From: Eledone cirrhosa
Taxonomy: Eukaryota
Assembly: GCA_964016885.1 (NCBI GenBank)
Contig: OZ024742.1
Location: 49,476,001-49,540,000 of the forward strand
Length of the DNA stretch: 64,000 nt
Reading direction: 5' to 3'
The position numbers were made by a program, and so were the translations under genes. Each line of letters opens with the position of its first letter. The first letter of the stretch is position 1. The notes under the pieces are model-generated. The model had not been told where the DNA came from and searched no databases. It was given only the letters and a program-made list of their open reading frames with translations. Below, piece after piece: positions 14,500 through 26,482 of the stretch.

Positions 14500-15109
14500 A
14501 TTAAAATCTTGTCAAAAGAAGTTTAACTGTTCATCTTTCCAAGGTTGATAAAATATAATATCAGTCAATTACTGCAGTCCCAAATTTGTGGCCTTGTGCA
14601 TCTGTTAGAAAAAAGATATGAACTAGCAGATTGAAAAAATGAAAATCTCATCCAGCTGTGATTCTATACTGCAGTAATTAACTCTATTTCACATAAGGAC
14701 TATAGCATTACAAAAAAAATAGGAAAAGAACTAAAAACAATTTATAAAAAATAACTAATATCCTACACTACATGCTGATATGTAAAGACAGGCAACACAA
14801 GCAACCCAGTAGCATTAATGCTATATAACCCTCTATGGTTCTCATCATCCTCAGTACACACATCTTTATAACTCTCTCCTCAATTTCTGAAATATGTGGC
14901 AATCTAGTCATAAATTATCACAATATGATATATAAAACAAAACAATATTAACAGCCCACTATTTTCATAATGTGATAAATATTCTGGTATACAAGTCTCT
15001 CCAGATATTACTTCTTCCACTATATCATCATCTCAGCCTCCCCTTCACCATCATCATCAGAAACAACAATATTATCAATACTAACATTACTTTGTTTCGT
15101 TATCAACAA

Positions 15110-16245
15110 CACCGTCATCATCATTTTTTGTCTGTTTCTCCCTGTTGGCATGGGTTGGATGGGCCTTTTGCAACACAGCTTACCTCTACTTGTTGTGTTC
15201 CTTTTTTATCTCTTCTTTGCGTTTCAATCTGGGACATGTTCTCACTGCTTCTGCCCTGGTATTATTCAGCCTCCTCCACTACAGCTTCTTTCCACTGAAA
15301 CTTCTGGCATTTCTTCACCCAACAATCATTATCTATACACATCACATGGTCATACCAGTACAGTCTTCTCTCTTTACGCCATATTTGATTTCTCTTATAT
15401 TCAGCGTTTCTTCGAACTCATCCATGCTTCACCATTAATGCACATTAACATCACACATCCATCAAATCATGATCATTTCTCTTCAGCCTTTGCATATTCT
15501 CTAAATTTACTGCCCATATTTGACATCTATGTAACATCACACTTCTCATGTAGGCATTATACAGCTTGCCTTTCATCATAGAACATAGGTAAACCTTCTG
15601 CTTTGAGCTTTTGTATGTATTATGGAATAATACATGTTGTCTTACATTTCTTCTAACTACTTGATATTGTTCTTTGCTGCCCCTTTTTTCCAGTCTTACT
15701 GTGACTCTTTTGCCTTAATGACTCTGTCTACGCAACTACTCCATCACCAGTTCACCTTTCATTTGGCTGGTAGCTTGTGTCACTCACAGGTCTCACCAGT
15801 GTCTTGCAGTAGGTTGTCCCATAGAAACTTCGCATTATTCTCTATGTCATATGTGCCTACTTCCTCTTCTGTCTTGCTGTTCATGTCACATAGACGTTTT
15901 AGAACCTATATTTAACAGATAGGTCCTTTAGCTTTCCTCATATCTATCTGCAGATTTACACCTAGTTCTTATTCTGACTACATCGATAATTAATTTATGT
16001 TGCTGAGTACATTCTTCTTCAGGAAAAAGGATATTGCATCAATAACCATCTGACTATCCATTTTTGCAATGAACAAGTAGTCAATCTATCTTGCACTTGT
16101 GGTTGATCAGTAAGTGATCAAGTGGCTGGCCTATTTCTGAAGTTATTGTTACAAATAGTTAGATGAGTTTTATCATCAAAATCTAGGACGATTCATCTGT
16201 ATTCATTTCTCAAGTCTTATCCATAGTCTCCATGTACTCCAACGT
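15110..16245 (-). mobile_element. Very degraded, internally deleted RTE LINE
   Basis: Minus strand gives a tail (ccaacccatgccaacagggagaa...tgatgatg), the C-terminal region, a WWW..VDR.I linker near 15720-15750, and AP-endonuclease-like LDF/TICN/ITY/IDY motifs near 16070-16190. Confidence 0.65.
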
Positions 16246-16914
16246 AGGTTGGATACCCTTCCTACCATCCACCACTTTACAGGTGGAATTGGGTACATTT
16301 TATTGTGCCACAAGCACTAAGGAGGTTATTTGACACAGCTTAAGGGTCCTCTTTAATCTGTACCAGTTTTTATTCAGAGTAACTAGTCCTTGAGATGGGT
16401 TGCCTTTGCTATGACTTATAGAGCCCATATCTAACCTATACAGTTTATTTATTTGGAGTTACTGCTTTCCTGCATTCTCTGTTGTTTATAAATCCCTCAT
16501 CTGATTTCTGGCCTCTATCTGTAATATACATCCAGATGCATAATTATACATTTAATGCACTGATTATACAAATTATAACCAGATAATACATGAATTATAT
16601 AAATTACATCTAGTGAATGGGGTAATTTACTATATCATGGTCTTTATGAATATAATTATTTCAATGCATAGCCACCATTACAGCATATTCCATGAACAAG
16701 TAAGGAGAAATGGCCTATAGGAAGGAGACAAGTGTATTATTGTGAGTGAGTAGCAATGATACTAGAGATTTTCTGAGGTTAGGAATATCACATTTGATGA
16801 TAATGATGATGATAAAAATGACTTTGTAATTGTTGCCCCTTCAAAACTACATCATATTAGATATTTTGATTTATGTAGTATATCATCGTTACAATAATAA
16901 TAGGGCAATAATAA

Positions 16915-17085
16915 TAATTGTTTTTACTTTAGGCCAACGCCAGCAATTTGAAGGGGAGGGGAAAGTTGATTGAATTCACCCCAGTACTTACTGGTGCTTT
17001 ATTTTATCCACCATGTAAGGATGAAAAGCAAAGCTAATTTCAGCAGGATTTGAACTCAGACCGTAAAGGGCCATAACTCTCTGCC
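16915..17085 (-). mobile_element. SINE, family B, 5'-truncated
   Basis: Collinear with 32736-32950. Confidence 0.8.
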
Positions 17086-17354
17086 ACGAAACCTTCATTA
17101 ATGCCATCATCTTTCACTGTAAGAGAATTTTGTTTACAATTTAATGAAATAAGTGTGGTTTCAGTTTCAATCCCACTGCATGGCACATTGGGTAGCAGTC
17201 TCATACAATAGCTTTCAACTGATGAAGGCTTTGTGGGGAAATCAAGAAGAGACTTAAACAATCTCATCCAACCAATGCTAGCATTGAAAACAGACACAAA
17301 AAAAATAGTGATGATTAATCTTAATATTTAACCTTTCTCATACTCTAAAAGTCT

Positions 17355-17612
17355 GTCTTAAGCCAAAAGGCTTGTTAGGCCAGTATTTATCTTGGTTTCA
17401 TTTCGTGAAACAACTGAGAGTACAAGATTCCCCCCCTGGACATGATGCCAGTCCATTGCAGGGCTATTGCTGGAACTCATTTTCAGCTGAGTATACTGGA
17501 GGAATGTGAAATGAAGTGTTTGGCACAAGAACACAACTTGCAATGCAGCCCAAGAATTGAACCCACAACATTATGATTGTAAGTCCAACACCCTTACCAC
17601 TAGGCCACACAT
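17355..17612 (-). mobile_element. Old tRNA-derived SINE, family C (Deu/Nin-like central domain), inserted in a MITE-like element (about 17328-17830)
   Basis: Minus head GTGGCCTAGTGGTAAGG...GGGTTCAATTC and central ATGGACTGGCATCATGTCCAGGGGGG...TACTCTCAGT; the flanks carry ttaacctt...aaggttaa ends. Confidence 0.7.
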
Positions 17613-19125
17613 CATACTAATCCATCTAAAATTGCAGCTTCTTTTGTGATTCAAAACTATTAACTTTTAAAATCGTTGTCTGTAAATTTGTTATAAGTAA
17701 TGTTCAAAACATCAATTTGATAATGAAATTATTAGTTATACAACAAAATTCTTCCATGTTTGTATTATTTTAAAAACTATTTGGAACAGATTGACAATAT
17801 CTTTCATTAGAAATATATCAAAAAGGTTAACACTTTATTTTGTATAATTTGGTATTAAAACGTTTATTTTACATCTTTTATCAAGTTGCTGCTAATTGTA
17901 TGAGGTATTTGCTTACATTTTACATGATCCAATTATTTTGTGTTCAAACTTCACATAATTTTGCTAGCTATTAGTGTAAGTTAATGGTGGATGTATTTTA
18001 CCTTTATTCTCTATGTGGTAGCTTTTAAGAAAGTTTATTTTCACTGACTTCACCATATTGGGAAAATTATCTATAAATGGATATGTTGCCAATTACACAT
18101 AAAAACGAAATTATCACACCGATTTTTCTGTTTAAACAAAGTTATCACATAGCAAATCTTGATACAATTTAGATGAATATTCAGAATAGCTACTTATTTG
18201 ATTTTCTATCAAATTCAACTTTAGTGGATTGTTGATAAATCATGTGAGCCACATTCATGATTATAGACGAGTTTTTTCAGCATCGTTATTAATTTATTCA
18301 GCCATTTTAGAGTGTTAAGAATTGTAACATTAGTAGCACAGCTGACTTGTCAATTTATTGTTAATTTGCCACTTTTGCCATCCCATCTAATCATTCTCTT
18401 TTCCTTTGGTCCCAGCAAATGGGTCGGATGGGGAAAAATTAGTATATTTGATAAGAGCATAGTGGGGTATGAGATTTTGAGTGGGGAGCTGAAATGATAA
18501 CCTTAGTCAATTTTCTATGAATTCCTTGATATTTATATCCTTGCCATTACTTATTCATGTTCAATGTTGAGATTTGTTGGAAATACATTAAGTGAATTAA
18601 TAATTCATCTGCTGACTTCCTCACAGACATACATGCAAACACACACACACATACACACACATATGCACACACACACACAGCCAAACACACACATGTGCAA
18701 ACATATACATATAATCATGCACCCTGCCACACACATATGCTAAAATTTTATTTTTTGTTTATGTATGGATATAATGAAAATGCAAGCATAGTGGGCTATT
18801 GACCTAGTGTATATTTGACTACAAGAATACCAAGATCAAAAGTAAATATACTTATATTCTTCCTATAGAAAGATATTGATTTATGTATACATTTGTTTGC
18901 GCACACCTGCTATGTATGTACATGGAAATCTGTCGTGTTTGTTTTCATCTACATTTGTTTTATTATGTCTGTTGGCATTTTTAGTTGTCTGACATTGAAA
19001 GTTTTCTTTCTCCTACATTATGGTGCATAAATGTATATTGTGTATATATATATATATATATACACAATATATGTCCCACCCTTGCAAGCAAGGAAAAAGC
19101 GGACGTGAAATGAAAATGAATGATG

Positions 19126-19158
<33 letters not shown>

Positions 19159-19204
19159 TACATACATATATATATATTTATATATATATATATATATATA
19201 TATA

Positions 19205-20860
19205 GATCATCATCATCATCATCATCATTTTACGTCAGCTTTTCCCTGCTTGCAAGGGTGGGACGGGTCTTATTCAGCACAGCATCTCTCCACTCGTCAC
19301 GGTCCCTCGTCATCTCCACCGTGAGCTTCCATGTTCTGAGGTCTGTTCTCACCACCTCCGCCCATGTTTTTAGTGGTCTACCTCTACCACGTCTTCCTTC
19401 AACTGGCAATTCCTGGCACTTCTTCACCCATCGGTCATCCTCCATGCGCATCACATGTCCATACCACCTCAGTCTCCTCTCCTGTAGACTACATTCTATC
19501 CCTCTCAGACACAGTTTCTCTCTCAACATATTTATGCTGGGTCATTCACGCACATTTACACTGCACATCCAACGGAGCATGCTTGCCTCATTTCTCTCCA
19601 GCCGTCGCATATCCTCTGCAGTTGCTGCCCATGTCTCACTACCATGCAGCATCGCGCTCCTCACACAGGCATCATACAACCGGCCTTTCGTACACAGGGA
19701 GAAACCCTTCTTCGTCAACAGAGGAAGCAGCTCCCTAAACTTCTTCCAACCCATCCTTATTCTAGATACTATGGCCTCGGAACACCCTCCTCCCATGCTA
19801 ATCTGATCTCCTAGGTACCGGAAGCTATCCACCACTTCTATAGCGCCCTCTTGCATTTGAAAAATGTGTCTATCAGTGCGACTTCTACTGTCTAATTTCC
19901 CTGCACATCTACTGCATACATATTTCTCCCTACCTGTTAGTTTGCCTGCTATCCTGCTACATCTCTTGTGTACCCAGGATCTGCATTGTGTGCATTTTAT
20001 AGAATTTATGCCAGTTCCTTTTCTGCATATCGAACATGGCCATTTCCCTGACGGAATCAGGGTTTTGTCCTCTTTTCTACTCATCAACACTTTTGCCTTA
20101 GCTAGATTCACTCTCAGTCCTCTTGCTTCCAACTGCTGTTTCCATAGCCAGAATTTATTCTCTAGCTCCTCTACTGATTCTGCTATGAGAACCAGATCGC
20201 CAGCATAGAAAAGTTCCCATGGACAGCCAGTCTTAAACTCCTCTGTTATGGCTTGGAGGACTATAATGAACAAGAGCGGGCTGAGGACCGAACCCTGATG
20301 TACTCCTACTTGTATCTGGAATTCCTCACTAAACTCCATTCCTACCCTGACTTTACTGAGAGTACCTCTGTACAAAGTTTGCACTGTCCTCACAAGCCAT
20401 TCCTCAACACCTAGCTTCCTTAGGGACCACCAGATGACAGATCGGGGTACCCTATCAAAGGCCTTCTCTAGGTCAACAAAGGCTAAGTATAGTGGCTTAT
20501 TCTTCTCTAAGAACCTCTCTTGCAATTGTCTCACCAAGAAGAGGGCATCTGTTGTACTCTTCCCAGGCACAAAACCAAACTGCATCTCATCTAGTTTGAC
20601 CCTTTCTCTAATTAGTTGTGCTAAAATCCTTTCTGCCACTTTCATAACCTGATCTATCAGTTTCATACCCCTATAATTGCTCCTCTCCAAAGCATCCCCT
20701 TTACCTTTGTAGCAATTTATGAGAATACTGCTACACCAGTCTTTGGGTATGACACCACCATATATAGCCTGATTGATGATGCATGCAACCAGTTTAGTGC
20801 CTACGTCCCCTGATGCCTTCAGCATCTCAGCAACTATTCCCGATGGTCCGGCAGCCTTAC

Positions 20861-20863
<3 letters not shown>
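19205..20863 (-). mobile_element. Young 5'-truncated RTE-clade LINE, subfamily A: RT with internal PHD finger and C-terminus
   Basis: One reading frame from 20863 to 19230, broken only by a CGA>TGA stop at 19542-19544. RT motifs QFGFVPGKST, FVDLEKAFDRV, GVHQGSVLSPLLF, YAGD (YADD in the sister copy), FRYLG; RTE C-terminus ERRLRWYGHVMR...GRPLKTW; (TGA)n tail; both ends abut (TA)n. Confidence 0.96.
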
Positions 20864-20926
<63 letters not shown>

Positions 20927-20958
20927 GTAAGGCTGCCGGACCATCGGGAATAGTTGCT
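20829..20958. repeat. Perfect 130-bp palindrome: 35-bp arms around (AT)30
   Basis: agcaactattcccgatggtccggcagccttaccgg at 20829-20863 and its exact reverse complement at 20924-20958. Confidence 0.97.
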
Positions 20959-21875
20959 ATATATATATATACACACACATATATATATATTATATAGTTG
21001 CTGAAATAAATTTAGTGATATTTGTATACTGTGTTTGTGTGTATGCATTTTTCATAAATGCACTCACCTTGTGCATATGTGTATATGTGTGTTTGAGTAT
21101 GCTTATGATGGGGTTTGATTAAATATTTAGAGAATAAATATCAGTTTTCAGAGGGTTGTCCTTCATATTACTGAACTGGAATAAGTACACAGCAATCCTT
21201 GTGGTGGCTCAAATAATTAAGCAATATCTGAAGCTATATTTGTTGAAAAGAACCTCATGTGAATGCAAAATAATGTAAAACAAATATCAATATTGAGTCA
21301 ATGAAATTGTCTTGAATTAATTTTAAAATTATTTAAACCTTATCAAAGCTCTGCAGGTGTTCTGAATTTAAACATTTGAAATGTGAGAGTCCCACACAAA
21401 AATTAGCTGTACTAACAGTTGATCACAATAGATAATAGTTGATAAAATGTCATAAATTACCCTTAGAGACAGGAAAAAGTGAACAGTGGCACTTACAAGG
21501 AAGGTGGTATTCTCAGATTGGAGAAATGGCATCATCATCATCATTTTGCAAATGATTGAGCTCTGATACAACCAACCAAAGTCCAAGTAGCTATGTTAAA
21601 TCAAGAAAGGGTTTAAATCTATTACATGTGGTATTCAAACTCAAAATATAAAGATCCAGATCAAATAATACATAGCATCTTTAACATTTCTACTAATATT
21701 CCACCCTAGATTGGTCTGTAATAGGGTCTGTAATGGGGTCTGTACAGGGCATCAACAACCTAATTTTAAACTTCCATTTACTTAGTTAATATTGTAATAA
21801 GCACCTGTTGTTCGATATCCATTCTTCTCTCAATATAAATATTTCTCTCATTTGATTATATTTATATATATATAT

Positions 21876-22075
21876 CATCGTCATCATCATCATTTAACCA
21901 TTTAACATACATTTTCCACACTAGCATGGGTTAGACGAGCTGTCATGTTGTGAAACAAGCCATCTCAGATGACCATCCCTTGCTCATACAGAACTGATTT
22001 TGGCTTTGCTTCTAAAGATGGATAACGTTTCCTAATGCCTCCACATTTACAGTCTGTACTGGGTGCTTGCACATC
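21876..22075 (-). mobile_element. Degraded RTE-tail / SINE-like 3' fragment
   Basis: catcatcat...ttttccacactagcatgggttagac...cctaatgcc...tttacagt, the reverse of the 61200-61371 type tail. Confidence 0.6.
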
Positions 22076-22154
22076 CATCAAAATGTAGAAGCTTCATTTC
22101 TTTCCAATCTTTGCAGGTTCTTTTCACTCAGCACCTAGATCTCATACAAAATTG

Positions 22155-23230
22155 CTGTCACAAACTTTCCCCAGGTCAACAAATGTCAAGTACAGGGGTG
22201 TACTTTTAGCTTGGTACTTTTCTTGCAGTTGTCTCACAAGGAAGAGGGCATCTGTGGTACTTTTACCTGGCACAAATCCAAACTGAATCTCATCTAAGTT
22301 AACTTGTTCCCTAATCAACTTTGATATAATTATTTCTGTGACCTTCATAACCTGGTCAACCAACTTAATGCCTCTATAATTTTTTCTATCTAGGGCATCA
22401 CATTTGCCCTTGTAACAGTTGACAATGATGCTGTTATGCCAGTCATTGGGTATGACACCATTTACTTGCTTTATAATATGGGTGACATAGTGTAACCAAC
22501 AATTCCAGTTGCTTTCAGCATCTCAGCAACTATTCCTGAAGGTCCAGTTGCCTTGCCTGTCTTCATATCCTTGATTGCCTTACTTATTATACTAATGCTG
22601 ATTTGTACCACCAGTCTCTCTTTTGGGTTAACTTGGGGCAAACTATCTCCTTTCCATGCAATCTCCTCATTCAGTAATTTTTCATAGTGGTACTTCCATG
22701 CTACCTTCTTTTCAGTGTCACTGAAGACAAGTTGTACCATCATAATCGCCAAGACACTGCTCACCATCAACATCTCAATTTTACTTGACTCACTGTTTTG
22801 CAATCCTGAAAACCTCAAGTATTTGGCTCTCATGCCACAAACCATGCTTAATTTTTTATGTTCAGCTTCCCTTCATGCAAAGGAAACTTGTCACCTAACT
22901 TTTCTCGTAGCATTCTGGTAGAGCTCTCTAATTTTCCCATTCTGCCAATCTTTCCATGCCTGTCTTTTGGCCTTAATTATCTCATCTATCCTATTATTCC
23001 ATCACCAATCACTCTCTTCCCTAGAAACCTGCTCCAAGCACAGATTTCATTTGTCATCTTCAGTAGGTTATCTTTCAGGAACTCCCACTGCTCCTCAATA
23101 TATAATGTCTCTTTTTGCTCTTTCTTACTGTCAAACCCATCAAGCAACATACCTCTAAATTTGTCACTGGCTGATGGTCTTTTAACTTCTATATTCTTCT
23201 GGCTGGTGTGCTTACCTGATCTATAGTGTT
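22155..23230 (-). mobile_element. Degraded RTE LINE internal fragment (linker and RT N-terminus)
   Basis: WEFLKDNLLK, WKYHYEKLLNEE, MKTGKATGPSGIVAEMLKA, QFGFVPGKSTTDALFLVRQLQEKY. Confidence 0.9.
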
Positions 23231-23619
23231 TAAATGCTTCTCCTTTAGCAAGGACAGAAGTAACCCAAACCAATGTGATTGAAAATCAGCATGCAGGAGT
23301 TTTAAGAAAAAAAAACAATTTAACCTAATAACAAATGTTTTGAAGATCCCAAACAGAGATAGTAGATTTTGTTAACATCAGTGTTTTGTACATGTTATAA
23401 AGATCCTTTATATATACTCTCCTTATATACTTATCCTTGTACTCATTAGCACACAACCCTAGAATATTACTCTCTGTACCCTTTATATCTGTTTATTTTT
23501 ATTCACTCCCCCTACCCACCCAAGAATCACACTACATATAACCTGGACTAACTGGGGACTAAATATAGTCTATTTGCACATTTCATCAGATTTTTCCACT
23601 TTTAAACTTCACATCACGG

Positions 23620-24671
23620 GTGTGAATAACTAATAATCGTTTGGTACATGCGATGATCCGATGTGGCGGCTTTCCCGACTGCACGCCAGGTGCTCGGGTC
23701 GATCAGCCTTATTAGAGTGCTTGGAAAAATTAAATTTACCCTTCTTTCAGTAAACGAAAATACACGGAACAGTTGCTTCGCCCTGGGGTCCTGTCAGACT
23801 TGGAACCCGCCGTGCCACTGGTCATTTGGTATATACGATGGCCAGCCGATGGTGGCGGACTTCCCGCTAACACGCCCAACGCTTAAGACAATTAACATTC
23901 CTAGAGTACTTGGAAAAATAAATTTCCCTTTCTTTCGCTAGACAAAAATACTCGGAATGGTTGACATGCTGTTGGGCCCCGGGCTGGCCGGGTGTCAGCA
24001 ACATCGCTGGTTAATGACCGCTAAGCATGGGCTTAACCTTTACTCTATATTCTACCCTGAAACTTTATCGTGACTATCTATAATACACTTAAACTTTTTC
24101 ATATAAGCCTCCTTCTGTAAATTCTTTAACTAAATCTCCCAACTTTAAACCTAAATCTTACTTTTCTAATTTCATCTTAAATGGCATCTTTTAACTCTAA
24201 AAATAAATTTAACATTTCTAATTGTTAATTGTAATTTCTGACCATACAATATGCTGTGCAGACGCCCTATATATAGCTTTGTTAAAGATATATGTGTTTT
24301 GAAAAAATATTTTTCGCTGCACTTTCTAGCACTTCTGACCAGCTTGAATGTAACCTGATCTCACCGCTGGCCTCTGTCTATGACGGGGTGGTAGTAGTAC
24401 ACTATAAGCCTATGCCCTTTCACCAGAAGGACATACGAAGACTTAATAATCATCACTTGAGGGCGGCTGACCGGGCTAGAAGCTGCTAAATGTTCGGCCG
24501 CCCTCATGTCTCTGCTTTTCAGCCCCATGGATTTTGTCTATTATATTCCTTTGTTATATTTTGAATACCTGATGATGTCACCGGATTCATACTGAACCCG
24601 GTCACTAAAATGATCATAGTAAAATAAACCTTTTAAGGAATTATACCAGTCCAGCCTCCTGTTATTTTATA

Positions 24672-24672
<1 letters not shown>
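23620..24672 (+). other. Unidentified GC/CpG-rich element with a duplicated coding-like unit and a degenerate hammerhead-like 3' end
   Basis: Two units of about 185-189 bp (23640-23824, 23825-24010); CTGATGA plus a stem-loop at 24569-24605; ends at a (TA)n tract. Confidence 0.5.
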
Positions 24673-24702
<30 letters not shown>

Positions 24703-24735
24703 CGCTTTTCAAATCCATTTTTTAATAATTTTTCT

Positions 24736-26482
24736 AGATTGACTTCCTGCTAGTTAGACAGCGAGAGAGACAGATGGTGTCAAATACTAAGGCATTCCCC
24801 GGGGAAGAATGTACCCCCACAGCATAGGTTAGTCGTTAGTGACATCTCAGTAAGCATGAGAAAGAATAAGACATACAGGAAGGTGTGGAAAAGAAAAGTC
24901 TGGAAGCTAAAAGACCTTTCATTAAAATATAAATTTAGCAAAGCCCTTCAAGATATGTATGACTTAAAAGAAGACGATTTAGAGTTGTATGACATAGATG
25001 ATAACTGGAATTTCTTGCGTGACAACTTACTGCTGGCTACTGGAAAAACTTGTGGTTGGGGCAGAGCTTCAACCAGACAGAGAGTGACCTGGTGGTGGAA
25101 CAGCACGGTAGATAGGGCCATTAGAGACAAAAGACTGGCATGGAAGGCTTGGAAAAATGGTGGGAGTAGGGAAGGATACACAGCCGCTAAGAGAGAAGCT
25201 AGACATGAGGCGTACTTAGCACGCAGGGAGGCTGAGAGTAGAAGGATGAGAGTAGGGGATGCTCTAGAGAGGAGCAATTATAGGGGCATAAAGCTGATGG
25301 ATCAGTTTATGAAAGTGGCACAGAGAATATTAGCGCAACTGATTAGAGTAAGGGGCAAATTAGATGGGATGCAGTTTGGTTTTGTGACCCGGAAAGTACA
25401 ACAGATGCCCTCTTCTTATTGAGGCCACTACGAGAGAAGGTCTTAGAGAAGAATAAGCCACTATACTTAGCTTTTGTTGACCTAGATAAGGCCTTTGATA
25501 GGGTACCCCGATCTGTCACCTGGTGGTCCCTAAGGAAACTAGGTGTAGAGGAATGGCTTATGAGGACAGTGCAAGCTATGTACAGGGGTGCTGTCAGTAA
25601 AGTGACAGTAGACATGGAGTTTAGTGAGGAATTCCAGATACAAGTAGGTTGACATCAGGGTTCGGTCCTCAGCCCACTCTTGTTCATTAAAGTCCTTCAA
25701 GTCATAACAGAGGAGTTTACGACTAGATGCCCATGGGAACTTCTCTATGCTGATGATCTGGCTCTTATAGCAGAATCAGTAGAGGAGCTAGAGAATAAAT
25801 TCTAGCTATGGAAACAGCAATTGGAATCAAGAAGACTGAGAGTGAACATAGCTAAGACAAAAGTGTTGATGAGTAGAAAAGAGGACAATACTCTGATTCC
25901 ATCAGGGAAATGGCCATGTTTGAAATGTAGGAAAGGAACTGGCATAAATTACATAAAATGTATGCAATGCAGATCTTGGGTACACAAGAGATGTAGTGGG
26001 ATAGTAGGCAAACTAACAGGTAGGGAAAACTATGTATGCAGTAGATGTACAGGAAAAGCTGGCAGTAGTAATCACAGTGATAGACATATTTTTGCAATGC
26101 AGGTGGGTTCTATAGAAGTGGTTGATAGCTTCCGGTACCTAGGAAATCAGATTAGCATGCGAGGGGGTGGGGTCCGAGGCCATAGTATCTAGAATAAGGA
26201 TGGGTTGCAAGAAGTTTAGGGAGCTGTTTCCTCTGTTGACAAAGAAGGGTTTGTCCCTGCGTACGAAAGGACAGTTATATGATGTCTGTGTGAGATGCGT
26301 GATGCTGCATGGTAGTGAAACATGGGCAGCAATTGCAGAGGATATGCGACAGCTGGAGAGAAATGAAGCAAGTATACTCCGTTGGATCTGCAATGTCAAT
26401 GTGCGTGAACGACCAAGCATAGATGAGTTGAGAAAGAAACTGGGTATAAGAGGGGTAAGTTGCGGTGTGCAGGAGAGAAGGC
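24736..26482 (+). mobile_element. RTE LINE, subfamily A: end of AP endonuclease, linker, internal deletion, RT (YADD) with PHD finger; 3' end cut by a Penelope-like insertion
   Basis: IDFLLVRQ..., WWWNSTVDRAI, then a jump near 25250 to GDALERSNYRG; YADD at 25746-25757; CLKC..CMQC...HKRC...CSRC; several frameshifts; closely similar to the 19205 copy in opposite orientation. Confidence 0.95.

Noticed and set aside
19542-20978. 478-aa ORF as a functional gene
   Set aside because: The N-terminus is read through the palindrome and TA tract; the RT is 5'-truncated, has YAGD in place of YADD and a premature stop.
24719-24740. Splice-acceptor-like sequence at the start of the RTE fragment (possible exonisation)
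   Set aside because: T-rich runs ending in AG are common here, and the downstream frame is soon disrupted.
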